From positions 744,001 to 808,000 of the forward strand of contig OZ287077.1 in the NCBI GenBank assembly GCA_965645245.1: a DNA stretch of 64,000 bases. The letters are read 5' to 3'. Shown here piece by piece: positions 49,641 through 61,152 of this stretch. The stretch comes from Massalongia carnosa (taxonomy: Eukaryota). Positions within the stretch are counted from its first letter, which is position 1; each line of letters starts with the position of its first letter. The notes below the pieces were generated by a model. That model did not search any database, had not been told where the DNA came from, and saw only the letters and a program-made list of their open reading frames with translations. The position numbers and the translations under genes are program-made.

Positions 49641-51509
49641 CAGAGGCGAATCTCAAAAGTAATGATAATACGCTAAAGACTAGCGCCGTAATTTAGATTT
49701 TCCATACCGAGCCTGAAATTCTACCAACTATCTACAAATGCCATTACCAACCATCTAATCAACGTCTTTTTGGTCTGAAACTGGCTGCAGTACGAATAAC
49801 CTTCTGAATGCGTGGGGGAAGGTGATTTTTCGGAGATAAAACGGCTCTTTTTCTCAATAAGGGGGGTGTCAATGGCTTCTGTGTAGGGGGCTCAGGGGTA
49901 ACTGCCCTGACATTCAACGGGCTGGGTGTATCATCATTTGATTGTCTGGATGATGGTCTCGTTGACGCCACAGAAGAAGAAGAAGAAGAAGAAGAAGAAG
50001 CTGGTTTTGCTGTATTACTGAGCAATTCTTCCCTCAGCTGTTGAAGTCGCATTTTTCCTTCTTTGGTCCGTCCATCAACGTCCAAACGTCCTTCGCAATA
50101 CTCATTTCCACCTTCCAATTCAATGACTTTTGCAATGTGACGTGGAATTCTTTCAATCCATGCCTGAATATTCTCCTGAGGTAGATCGTCCCAAGTGCGA
50201 TGCCACATAGATTCAGCAATTAACCGAGAACTAGGAGGACCTTTGGCAGTTGTACGTCGCTTCATCCAGGGCCAGCAGGGTTCAATCATGTTGAGATCAG
50301 GAGAATTTCCGGGCCATAAAAGACGCTCGATGCCATGACGAGAGAAGATGGGAATCTGATGCTTGGAAGCATGAGACGGAGCCTTATCTTCCTGTACGAT
50401 CATTTCAGACAATCCGGCTTCTCTTCTTTTTGCATTGCATTGCTGAGCAAAAGGAATCAGTTTTGGCAGAAGTATAACGTTTTGATACCGCCACCAATCA
50501 ATGCCTCCTTTACCTTCTTTTCTGATCATCTTTCCATGTTCCTCATCCCATTTCCATTGCGGCTTTTTTCCTGGTAAATTGCGAGTTGAAAGACGTCTCA
50601 TTCCATTGGTCAGCTCCCAATTTAATCTCTCACTGGCTTCCAATGCAGCATTCATCTCGTCAAGCTTGGTTTTGGCTTCCGCTTTTTCCGCTTTTGTCTC
50701 CGGTTTCCAGCAATGACATGGCCCCTTCCAATCGTAGGAAAAGCATCCCCAAAACATGAATTCATGAGCCCCATGCCACCTAGCACGTACGGTGGATTTG
50801 ACTGGTCTTCTTCCTTCCTTGGTTGTACGCCAAATTTTGACAGCTCCGCGACGGTGACCAAGCACTATTGCTATTTCATCTGACCAAATAACCCGCTTCC
50901 AATCCTCCACGGTCCAGTCTTTATACAGGAGACAAAAAGCCAGTCTAGCCGCTTTCATTTCAGGAGTAAGCCCTGGTCTATACGACGGTTTGACTTTTAT
51001 AGCCTCTTTGTTTCAGGATTCTCCACACGGTGCATCTGGACAGTCCAACTTCTCTTGCCAACTGGGCACTGGTTTTTTCACGGGCGTATCTGTCTTTTAT
51101 GACTAGATCAATGACTTCATCTTCTTTCTCAGTAGTAGCCTTTCTCGGTCGACCAGATTTTTCTTCATGACGGGCGTATTTATCAAGCACCTGCAAAGAA
51201 ATGGCGGGATCAAATCCTCGATCCCTGGCAATGCGACGAATACGATAAATGTTGGGGACAGAATAACCTGTAGTAGCTGCAATAAATTCAATTGAGGCCG
51301 GGGTGCAATAAGACAACGTCAAGACCTGAGCCCGCAAAGAAGTATCAGCTGATTTATTGACCATGATGATGATTTGATCAAATGTTGGTTCGTAAATGAT
51401 TTGGGATGAGAAAAGGGGAAAGAAAAGGGGAAAATTTGCTCGGTACGGAAAATTTAAATTACGGCACTAGCTTTTAGCGTATTATCATTACTTTTGAGAT
51501 TCGCCTCTG
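49641..51509 (-). mobile_element. Element D: Tc1-like DD34E transposon, 1869 bp, 72-bp TIRs, TA TSD
   Basis: TIR CAGAGGCGAATCTCAAAAGTAATG... at 49641-49712 and 51438-51509; TA at 49639-49640 and 51510-51511. Confidence 0.95.
49759..51364 (-). pseudogene. Transposase of element D, split by one frameshift near 50995
   Basis: HTH part is ORF 50978-51364 (SGRPRK); catalytic part is ORF 49759-50958 (WSDE, QEDKAPSH, SPDLNMIE). Confidence 0.85.
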
Positions 51510-53083
51510 TAGTAATATCCTAATTGTTCTTGTACATCATTGTCAGACTCGTTGCCTCCATCAGTATCGTCTTCATCAAACGGCAGAAAATCTCTTTGCA
51601 AAGAAGAATCACCTGTAACATCTGTGATGAATGTTGTCTCCGCCTCATCTTCATCTTCATATTCATTATATACTTGAGATTTAGTCTTTTTCGCTTTCTT
51701 TCTCTCTTCTTCTTGCCAAGTAACATCTGTTGCCTTCCAAATTGCTTCGGGATCGGGAATAGGAATAAGATGCTCGGAGGAAATAGCAAGATCTTGTTTT
51801 GAAAGCTCTTTAATTTGTCGTAAACGGTTTCTTTCTTGCTTTCGAGCAATCACTCCTTCGGCATATTTGGCGTCTCTTTCCATACGCCAAATCTTCATCC
51901 ATGTCTGATGCTGCTTCTTTGCTTCTGTTTCTTTAGCTTGTTTTTCCTTTGCTGCAATCATCTCCTCAGCATTCTCTTTAGTAAGCCCTAATCCTGAACC
52001 TAAGGTTCGTAATCGCTTACGAGAGGTAGATTTCTGTTTTAAGTCATCTTCTCTTCTTTTCTGATATATAGATAATTGAATATCATTAAACGTAGCTTGT
52101 GTACAAACGGTTTTTGTATTATTAACAAACGACTCAAATTGCTCTGAGCGAGCCGGATCACTCCACAACATTCCTTGTTGAATTTTCTTCTGCCATGTTT
52201 GAAGTCCTATTTCAACATCCATTGAGGATGTTGGCTGAATATGAGGCAAGATTGGAAGAGTAGGCTCTTTTTCTTTATTGTGTAGCTTTTCTTGAGCATC
52301 AGGCGGCTTGAAAGTTTTAAGCAATGAGATGCAGTTTTTAGCATTAACAGGCCACATTCCTGATTTCTCAAAAGCACTTCGAATAGTATATTTCTTGAAA
52401 GTATTATCACGTATCTTACTAAGATCAGCAAGAAATCGCTGTAATGTATACTCAACATTGAATTCCAGTAGAGCATCTTGAATTGCCATATCATGCCAGT
52501 GTTTATAAGGTTGAAATACTCCAACATCAAGCGGCTGCATACAGTGTGTAAGATGCGGTATAAGCGGATAAGGACGAATGTGATTTATATTAGCAAGAGC
52601 TATGAGCTCAGTAGTACAATGACTGCCATGATTATCCATGAGCATTATTTTCCAGTCTGCTTCTGGTCCAGAGTCTGAATGATCAATATAATGCTGAAGA
52701 AACACCTGTGCTATCTTGTCAGAGGTAAATCCGTTTTCTGAAGGTATAATTCGAGTTCCCTTTGGCAGCTCTTTTGAAAACCAGTCCATCATGATTTCAT
52801 GTCCTTGTATAAGAATTAAAGGTGGTGGAGGATAGTCGCCCGCTGCATTGATGCATTCAAATGTCGTGAGAGATTTACGATTTTCAGGACTTGATTTGAT
52901 TTGATTATTCTTACGCCGTTGTGTCACCGGCCGAAGGCCGGCCCATGCGGGAGATGCTATATAAGCTATGTAATAAGTAGAAAACCCAAAGGTGAAAAAC
53001 TACTCCTGCGTATCCGCTTCATCGGGGGTTCGCTGCTCCCGCGGATTGATTCCTGTATCTCGAAAATCTGCGATACCTGTTTT

Positions 53084-56000
53084 TCAAACTGAAGAGAGAC
53101 TGCCCGGCTGCTGTTCAAGCAGTTGCGTGGCAATGGAATACTGTGTTAAAATACCTGTGCGCATGAGCCACGCGGTTACTACTTTGAGAGCTTTGGGTTC
53201 GGTGATTAGCTTGCGGTAGTCTGACGAGCCTGCCGTTCGTAGCATGTGCGTTCTGTGTTCGTGCAGTCTGCAGAACATGATTACATGTTTGGCTGTTTGT
53301 AAGAGGCTTCCGCAGGGACATGCCGCCGAGTTCACACCTGGGACCTTGCGCCGATATAGAAAGTTGGCCAGTCCGATTTTTTCCGTTCTTATCTGTGCTG
53401 CTAGTGAGCTTTGCGCTTTGTCTAGTAACTTGTGTGCGTTAAGCCTTTTCCTGTGTATAGGCGCCTGTTGTGCGATCGTGGGATATAACGTGTGTTTTGC
53501 TTGATATGCTTTCCACTTGTTGATCCACTGATTCTCAAAGTGCTTCTTTATTATCCCGTCTCGTTGGTTCTGCGTCGTTACTTGCGCTGTGCGTTGTCTC
53601 TTCTGTGCCTCGTCGATCGTTGTCCAGGGAGGGGGAGAGGGTTGATCCAGTTTAACTGTTTTCGGTGCATCTTTCGTCATCTTTGTTACCCATTCTCGTT
53701 TACGAGTTCCCGGTGTTTTCTCTGCGACTCGCGATTGACCTCTTTTGCCTCTGAGTTTCACTTGAATTCTATTGCACGCCTGCTTTATAATTTTTTCCTG
53801 TTCGCTGTTCGAGATTCTGGATCTCGTTTTTGCTTGTAAGCGGTCTAGATGTCGCGTTAAGGGAGGGATGTGGGTTTCTGCCTGTAATACTTCAATTGGG
53901 GTAGCCTTGTACGCTCCGGCTATGACTCGTAAACACTTGTTTTGTATGACTTCGAGTTTGCTTCTTGATTCGACTTTGGCTTTCTTTCTTGCTTCGGCTG
54001 GCATGTGCCATGCTATCGAGCCGTGCGACATGGCGGGGCGTATCACTGCTGTGTACACGTGGCGGGCTCGTAGGAGGGTCGCCCCCCAGGTTGAGGCTGC
54101 GATTTTGGTCAGTGCCATTGTTTGTCTCGTCATTTTCTTCTGAATTTCCTTGTAATGCGCTGCCCAATCGAGTCTAGTGTCAATGTATACTCCCAGGACT
54201 CTTATCGAAGTCTTGGTCTTCAGGATCTTGCCTCTTACCGCGAAGGATGCGTCCAGGTTGAATTTCTTTGGATTCTTTGCCAGGTGTATCAGCTCGTATT
54301 TGTGTGGCGCGAATACGGAGCCGTGGCGAGCGGCCCATCGTTCGCAGTCGTTGTGTATTTTTTCCAGCGTTTTGCAATTCTCTTCGGTGGACTTTCCGTA
54401 CGCCAGTATATTGACGTCGTCTACGAAACCCATGCCCGCTGCGTTGGTACCTGGTCTATTGCAAATATCGAGTAAGTCTGCATTATAAAAGAGATATAGA
54501 ATGGGAGACAAAGGAGATCCTTGCGGAATTCCTATATTCAGCTGGAATGCGTTGGTTGTTCGTTGATTGATAGTGAGAGTGGTTTCTCTTTCCTTGAGGA
54601 AGCTTTCTGTTCATTTCGTGATCCATTCCGGAATTTTTCTCTTTCTCAGATTATGAATGAGCCTACGATGTGAAACCGTATCGAAGGCGCCTGAGACGTC
54701 GATACTAAGAAGCGATGCTACTTTGTCTTTCCCTTGATTCCAGACCGTGTGTACCTGCTCCGTGAGTAGTTCGAGCGCTGTGTCCGTTGCGCGGCCTGGT
54801 CTTGCTCCCATTTGCGTGTCTGGAATTAATCTGAGTTTTTCCGTTAAATAGCTTATTTTCCTTGCTATAATGGATTCTAGCATTTTTCCAAGCGTGTTTA
54901 GGAGCGCAATGGGTCTCCACGCCTTAGGATCCGCGTAATTACTCTTTCCTGGTTTCTTCAGCGTGATGGTGTTAGCGGTTTTGAACGCTCGAGGATGATA
55001 ACCCTGCTCTGCGCAGGCCTGGAACAGTGGTGTCAGCAACTTGATCAGATTTTCCGAGCATGCCTTGAGAATTCTATTTGTGATCCCGTCTGGACCGGGT
55101 GCCTTGTCTGGTTTCGACCTACGAAGCGCTGCCGCCACTTCTTCTTTCGTGATCAAGATGGGGCAGTCTGGGGTTTGCGGGTACGTGAATCCTACGATGT
55201 CGCTGAGATCTGCGTCCGGGGGTAGGGGGAAGAAAGATTTCTTTAGCATTTTCGCTTTCTCTTCGAAGGTATTGGCTATCGTATCAGGGTCCTGGGTTGT
55301 GGCCAGGGGGGGCATTTTTGGGATTTCTCTGGGGGCGTCACTTTTGTTTTTACCCCACTTTGCTAGACGGAAGAGTCCGGATTGGGAAGTTGTGATTGTG
55401 GCTATTTGCTGTTTGAAGCAGAGATTTTTTGCTTTACCGATAATTTTTTGTTTCTTATCGTTTGCTTTAACGTAGTTTTTCCAATCCGCTAGGTTTCTTT
55501 CCGCGGTCCAGATTCTTCGTAGCCTACGAGTCTCCCTTGTTGCGTCGTCGCATTCCTTATTCCAAAAGGGTTTCGCCTCCGGGCTTGGTCTGGCCCATGG
55601 TACTGCTTTATCTACGATTTCCTTGAGGTAATCCTGGATTTCCTTGGTATATTGATCGATTTCCTCGATGCTGTGCGGCATGCGTGGTGCGGGGGTTCTT
55701 TTCTCGATTTCTTTTACCTTGTCCATGTTTAGAAGTTTCCAGGCCCTTCGTGGGAGCTTTGTCAGGGGTTCGCAGGAGAGCCGCAGTCTCGTTGAAATCG
55801 GTATGTGATCGGAATCTTGATTCATCTCCGGGACCGTGGTGCAGTGTTCCAATCTCTCCGTTAAATCTTCTGTCATGAACACCAGATCAATGGTGCTGGT
55901 CGAGTTTCTTGCTTCCCATGTAATTGTTCCTCTTGGAAGTGAGAGAGAGATTTTTGTTTTCTATAATGTCCAGCAGTTGTTCGGACGCCTCGTGCTGTCC

Positions 56001-56489
56001 TCGTACCCCTGCTCCACCCCAGTATGGGTGATGGAGATTGAAGTCTCCTAGAAGAATATGCTCTCCGGGGTCTTGTAATTGGTGTAATACGGTCGATAGG
56101 GTGGACGGGCTAGTTATCGAGGAAGTGGATAAGGGCGATGGATTGTATACGTTGTGTATGTGAATCATTTTTGTTCCGTTTCCGATTTTTACTTTTATTT
56201 TCAATGTGCTCATATCCTTTGACGGGTATTCCACTTCCCAGCTTTCTGGGTCTATTTTGTTATTGATATAAAAGCAAACTCGCGTGTCGCCCCCTGGTTT
56301 ATAAAGAAGATGGAACCCCCTTTGATAGGGGTTAAGAAGTAGGGACGTCGTAGGGTTTTTCCACGGTTCTTGAATAGCTATGATGTCGAAATCCTGTGTT
56401 CTTTTATCTGACAGCAAGGGTATCAGTGTGCCTTTTGCACTTTTTCTGACATTGTACTGCAGTATCGTAAGGGTTTCTGTGTTCTTCAT
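53084..56489 (-). pseudogene. LINE2 ORF2: APE endonuclease, reverse transcriptase and CCHC tail, disrupted
   Basis: ILQYNV, IAIQEP, GDFNLHH, SDHIP; frameshift near 55935; TGA at 54611-54613 where LINE1 has Trp; FVDD; no RNase H motif seen. Confidence 0.92.
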
Positions 56490-58122
56490 AGCATTCTTTC
56501 GTTGAGTTGTATCTCGTTGGTGTTTCTTGCTCTAGTTATCGGACGTCCTCTTTTCGGTTTGGCGAAGACCGACTCTCTGTTTTCTGGGTTCATTATTTTT
56601 GCCCTCGTCGACCCCCATTCTTCCCTCCCTCGTAGAATCCTCCGTTCTTGTGCTTCTTGTGGTGATAACGAGCGCGACCGAGTGACTCTCAGTTCTCTAA
56701 TTGATCTCGCACTTTCTTTTCTCTTACTTATCTTATCGTCTTCGTAGTTTCTGTCATTTCCACTTCGTTTTCCGCCTCTTCTCCTTCCTGCGGCTCCACC
56801 TCGTTGGTAATGTGTGTCGATGGGAACTCGTTTTGTGAGGCGTCGGTGGGTTTGTTTGATTGGTGTTGTTGATTCCCATGACCTGCTTCGGTTTCGTCCT
56901 CGACTACGACTTCCATACGCCCCCCCTGCGCTTGGCTGAGGATTGCTTTATTTCCTTTGGGTGGGGGCGGCACTGCGTACAAGCGCCGGCGTGATTCTCT
57001 TGTGATTTCCGTGCGGTGTTTTTTCTCTTTCCTGACTTGGCATTCCGCTGCCCACGCTGGGTGTCCCTTGTCCCCGCACACTGCGCATCGTAGGGACCTT
57101 CCGGTTCTGCTGCATGGGCAGTTTCTGCTGTCGTGCCTTCCGACGCAGTACCCGCAGACGGTGGGATTTTTGCAAAACTTCGCGATGTTTCCGTATTGCT
57201 GACAATTGAAGCATTGCGTGAGCTTGCAGCCGGCTTCGAAGAGCTCGCATGTTTTTATTTCCCCTTCGTCCGCCAGTCCTACGAGGATCAAACGATTGGC
57301 CATTTCTGCAGTTTCTACCTCGATGTGTAACGAGGCGTAGCGCTTGTTTTGTTTGCGGGCTCTGGCGCTCCAGGCTACTCGATTGATTTTCAGTCCTTCA
57401 TGCAATCCTGCGTTTTCCTTTGTCAAGTATTCCAATGCTTTCGCTTGCTTTGACCCTCTGACTTCGTTCATTTTTACTCCGTGAGCTAGAATTGCATAGC
57501 CTTCTTTACGTATCGTCGCTGATGCAGCAACTCTCTTTATCCATTCCGAGTGTGCTTGCAAGGTTTCCTTGACTTCCGGTGTTTTTACGTGAATTTTTAG
57601 ATCTCCACTTGGTAGTCGTCGGATGCCCGTCACCTCTTCGTTAGAGACTCGTAGGGCGTCTACTATTTCCTTTGTGGTCTTTTTACCTAGGGCTTCCTGC
57701 TCCTTGGGGTCTTCTATTCTCACTATGATTTCCTTCATTTTTCTCTTCTCTCTGAGGGTGTTTTCCTCGTTGAGGCCTTGATTCTTCACTTCGGTTTCCT
57801 GTCCGCTTTTACGCTTTCCTGCTGCGACCGCCGCGTAGCTGAGAGCCTTGCCGTTATTCTCGCCCTGTTTTTCTATCTTCTTCAATCTTTGCTGAATATC
57901 CTGCAATGTATCTTGAAAATTTTCCTGCGTCGACACGTCGAGCGCGTCGCGTTCCGATGAAGTTTTTTCTATGAACTCAACAAGATCGAGTATCCAACGC
58001 CTCGCCTCCGCGCCGGCTACAATCACATCTGCTCTTTCCAGAAATTCTCTTGCTTTGCTTGTTAGCTCGTGAGTTTCACTTATCTCTTGCCCTTTGGCGT
58101 CGACACTCGTTGTCGTATTCAT
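56486..58122 (-). CDS. LINE2 ORF1, gag-like with three zinc knuckles; probable 1-nt frameshift near 56748
   Basis: CFNCQQYGNIAKFC, CGYCVGRHDSRNC, CAVCGDKGHPAWAAEC; open to 56728, with an alternative frame continuing to a TGA that overlaps the ORF2 ATG. Confidence 0.85.
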
Positions 58123-59115
58123 TCAGAGTACTTATTGATAACGATAAATTTATACATAAGGTATTTAGTTGAATTTATAGTGATTTGTTTTGCTAAAAAT
58201 TTTTGATTTTCAGGACTTATCGCATAGAACTAAAATATATATTTAACTTGCTGAATAAATGAATAAGAATATAGAATCTAACTTCTAATACGTCTGTGGG
58301 TGCCAGAATTTGATGCCCTTGCATACACCCAACACGAAAGCCTGCCTCATCGAAATTGACAATATTCTTCTTTGTTTTGATCTGTAACGTCTTTAAAGCT
58401 TGTCTATAATCTACAAACCATGCTTGTATATCCTTCTCTTGTGCAGCGGTGAATCGTATCATTGCTAATGGCTTAGTCTTGATCTTGTGTAGGTTATTCT
58501 TTTTCCACCATGTTCTGAACCAGCGTAGAGTAGGTCCACTCGACTCAGGATTTTGCCCGCGTTTTAAACTGACAATTACATTGAATACAACTCCGTGCGA
58601 TGGTTGAATACCTTGTGCAAGTAAGGATCGAATAAAGTGATGAATCGCTTTTACTTGATGCTCCTCAAGTATCTTGTTTTGTCCACCTCTTGCACTTTTT
58701 GCACTGGAAGAAGATTTCTTGTTAGAAGAAGATTTCATATCAGAAAAAGAAGATTTCTTATCAGTCGCAATAGAGCTGTACAACGTTGTAGGCCGAATTT
58801 TGAATATCTGAGCTGCGCATGCAGTTCGTTCGTCAGGATTTTCCAACAAGAATGTTATACCATCACTAATACGTGTTTGTAAGGATACAGAATCCATTGT
58901 AGATATAGATAGCAATGATTTATGATGTGATAATATAATAATGTAATAGTAAATGTGATAGTAATTTAAATGATGCGGTGGTGCTTTAGTGATGTGGTGG
59001 TGGTTTAACGTTGCGAGCCTACGAAGCTTCGCTTTCCTACGAAGTTTGCTTTCCCCGACTAGAAGCGAATGCTTCTTGGAGGGAGAGGATTAAGCGAGCG
59101 ACTAGCCGACGATTA

Positions 59116-60987
59116 GTGCCCAACGGCTCAAAGACCAAAACGGTTCAAAGACCAAATTAACTATGTATGGTCAATTTGACTACGAAAAGCCTTCCACCAT
59201 TTGGTCCTTTCAACCTCCCATTTTTTACGTGCTCGGAGGAAGGTATTGGCCTCACGAAACAGTCCTTTCCAGAGCTTCTTTTCGGCGTTGTCGATGTCCT
59301 GTTGTTTTTTCAACGCGGCCGCTTTAGCTCGGTCCAAGGCCTTCTGTGCCTTTTCCACCTCATCTTCATTTCGTTTGGTGACTTTAGCACGTACGTCTCG
59401 AACGGTGATGACCCCACCTGACTGAGCAACAGTTCCAGCAAGCTTTTTACGCGCCGCCTTAGCAATTGAGGCTTTAGCTGAGGTCAATAAGTCCCTTTCG
59501 GCCAACTGCTGAGCATGAGCGCTGGCCATAGCACCTTTGAAAAAGCGATCGACATGCAATTTATAATCTCCGCCGACAGCATCATTTGTCTGCATGCTTC
59601 TTTGAAGTTTAGTGCCAAAGATGATGACCTCAGTGAAAGTGCGAGGTGTTCTGGCCAATAATGGGGCCGATGGTGGGGGTGGAGGGGTAGTTGGCCTTTG
59701 ACGAATTTGCGCCTCGATTTTCGAAATGACCACATTTGGATTATAAGGCACTAGTCCTGTGTTCCTGAATGCAGCTAAAATCGTCGATTTGGTGAATGTT
59801 TTGAAGCGCATATCCTGAAAATCGACAAAAAGTCAATCTTGCTGAACTCCCCTGCTCCGGCACGAATAGCCTCATCAATGGCCTCAGCATGGTAATGTTT
59901 GAACGGCCGAAAGCATCCAACGTCCAGTGGTTGGGTCAGATGAGTTGAATGAGCAGGTAATCTGAATAATTCGATGTGCTTGCTCTGTGCATACTCGAAA
60001 AATTCATACGTCATATGAGATCCATATCCGTCCAAAATCAACAACCTCCATGCACCAATTTGCCCTTTTGCACTATGTTTATGAAAATGTCTCAACCAGT
60101 CAATAGCGAGGTCATCATTTGAATAACCCGTTGGACTGACGGCGAAAAGAATGTCATCATCCAAATCATTCTCCAGGGCCCATTTCTCCTTGATTTGTAC
60201 GCCAGGAAGTATGATCATGGGGGGAATATCCCTCCCTCCACCACTAATACTCTCCACCGAGGTGATGTAGTCTCTGTTGTCTGGATCCGTCATCAAAAGA
60301 GGCTTATGGGAATGAGTCGAAATCACCCAATGAGCTCTTCCACAGCCAATTCGAAAGCCCGTTTCATCCATGTTCCAGGTGTCCTCGTCCACGATTCCTC
60401 TCAACTCTCGAAGGGCCTTGTACTGCTGAAAATGCTTCATCATACTCTCCGAATCGTGCGACTGTTTACGCTCAACAGCAAGAGGTTTTTGTTTACGTTT
60501 GAAGTACTCCGGATGACGTTTTAAAAATCGTCTGGTCCACATGGCGCTTACGATAGGAAGTGGAGAGTCGGTATGATCACGATCTGTTTGTCCAACTAAT
60601 GCTCGACCGAGCAGATAATTAGCAGCTCCACGAACCATCGAGAGCTTAGCTGATTGTTCCATATGATCCAATCGCTCAATGTAAGCACAAATAGCCCTTT
60701 CTTGTGCATTCGTAAGTGCTTTGTTGCTTGGTGAACGAGTTAATTTGGAATCCCCTCCATTAAGCCTTCGACGAAGTGTCCTCGAATCGACGTGAAATTC
60801 TCGAGCAACAGCGCTGGCACTAGAATAATCACCATTGTTATACGCGCTGATGGCCTCATCAAGACGATTTTCAGAGTCCCAGAACGAATCAGTCATGGTG
60901 GTGTGGAATAGGCAAGCGTTTGGTGAAGGATGAAATAAATAGTTAATTTGGTCTTTGAACCGTTTTGGACTTTGAGCCGTTGGGCAC
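59116..60987 (-). mobile_element. Element E: pogo/Fot1-type DNA transposon, 1872 bp, 49-bp TIRs, TA TSD
   Basis: TIR GTGCCCAACGGCTCAAAGACCAAAACGGTTCAAAGACCAAATTAACTAT (1 mismatch, internal direct repeat); TA at 59114-59115 and 60988-60989. Confidence 0.95.
59161..60896 (-). pseudogene. pogo/Fot1 transposase of element E, with a 1-nt frameshift near 59820
   Basis: HTH N-terminus; WNMDETGFRIG, LDGYGSH, QPLDVGCF; continues in ORF 59161-59811 (AAFRNTGLVPYNP). Confidence 0.9.
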
Positions 60988-61152
60988 TAGTAAGCGAAAA
61001 CGATTACTGGTGGTGTGGCACGATTAGCCGCCGAGTGGTTATGGCGTAAGATTTGGAAAGTGCCGGCTGTTTGATAGAGATGTTAGGAATCCACCCGGAA
61101 AAGGAATAGCGCTGTTTGATTCCGCAATGAAAATTCCCAAACGCCTTTTATC

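Larger units (their letters stand above)
52893..58204 (-). mobile_element. LINE2: full-length Tad1-like non-LTR retrotransposon, 5312 bp
   Basis: 14-bp TSD GATTTTCAGGACTT at 52879-52892 and 58205-58218; (AAATC)n tail; ORF1 and ORF2 both present. Confidence 0.95.
51512..58897 (-). pseudogene. pogo/Fot1 (DDE_1) transposase of element B, 669 aa when reconstructed, interrupted by LINE2
   Basis: Exon 1 58897-58283 (NFDEAGFRVG); intron 58230-58282; exon 2 FYAISPEN|RKSLTTFEC split at the LINE2 TSD; MDNHGSH and QPLDVGVF motifs. Confidence 0.9.
45815..59113 (-). mobile_element. Element B: pogo/Fot1-type DNA transposon (about 2.5 kb reconstructed, about 190-200 bp TIRs), host to C, D and LINE2
   Basis: TIR starts ATCGTCGGCTAG and the outer 100 bp are identical at both ends; left TIR resumes at 49508 after C; TA at 45813-45814 and 59114-59115. 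Confidence 0.93.
45778..61024. mobile_element. Element A: 72-bp palindromic mini-element (35-bp arms around a central TA), expanded to 15.2 kb by nested insertions
   Basis: Arm ATCGTGCCACACCACCAGTAATCGTTTTCGCTTAC at 45778-45812 and its perfect reverse complement at 60990-61024; flanking TA at 45776-45777 and 61025-61026. Confidence 0.92.

Noticed and set aside
45778..61024. Starship-type giant element
   Set aside because: No tyrosine-recombinase captain or host-like cargo; fully explained by nested TIR elements and LINEs.
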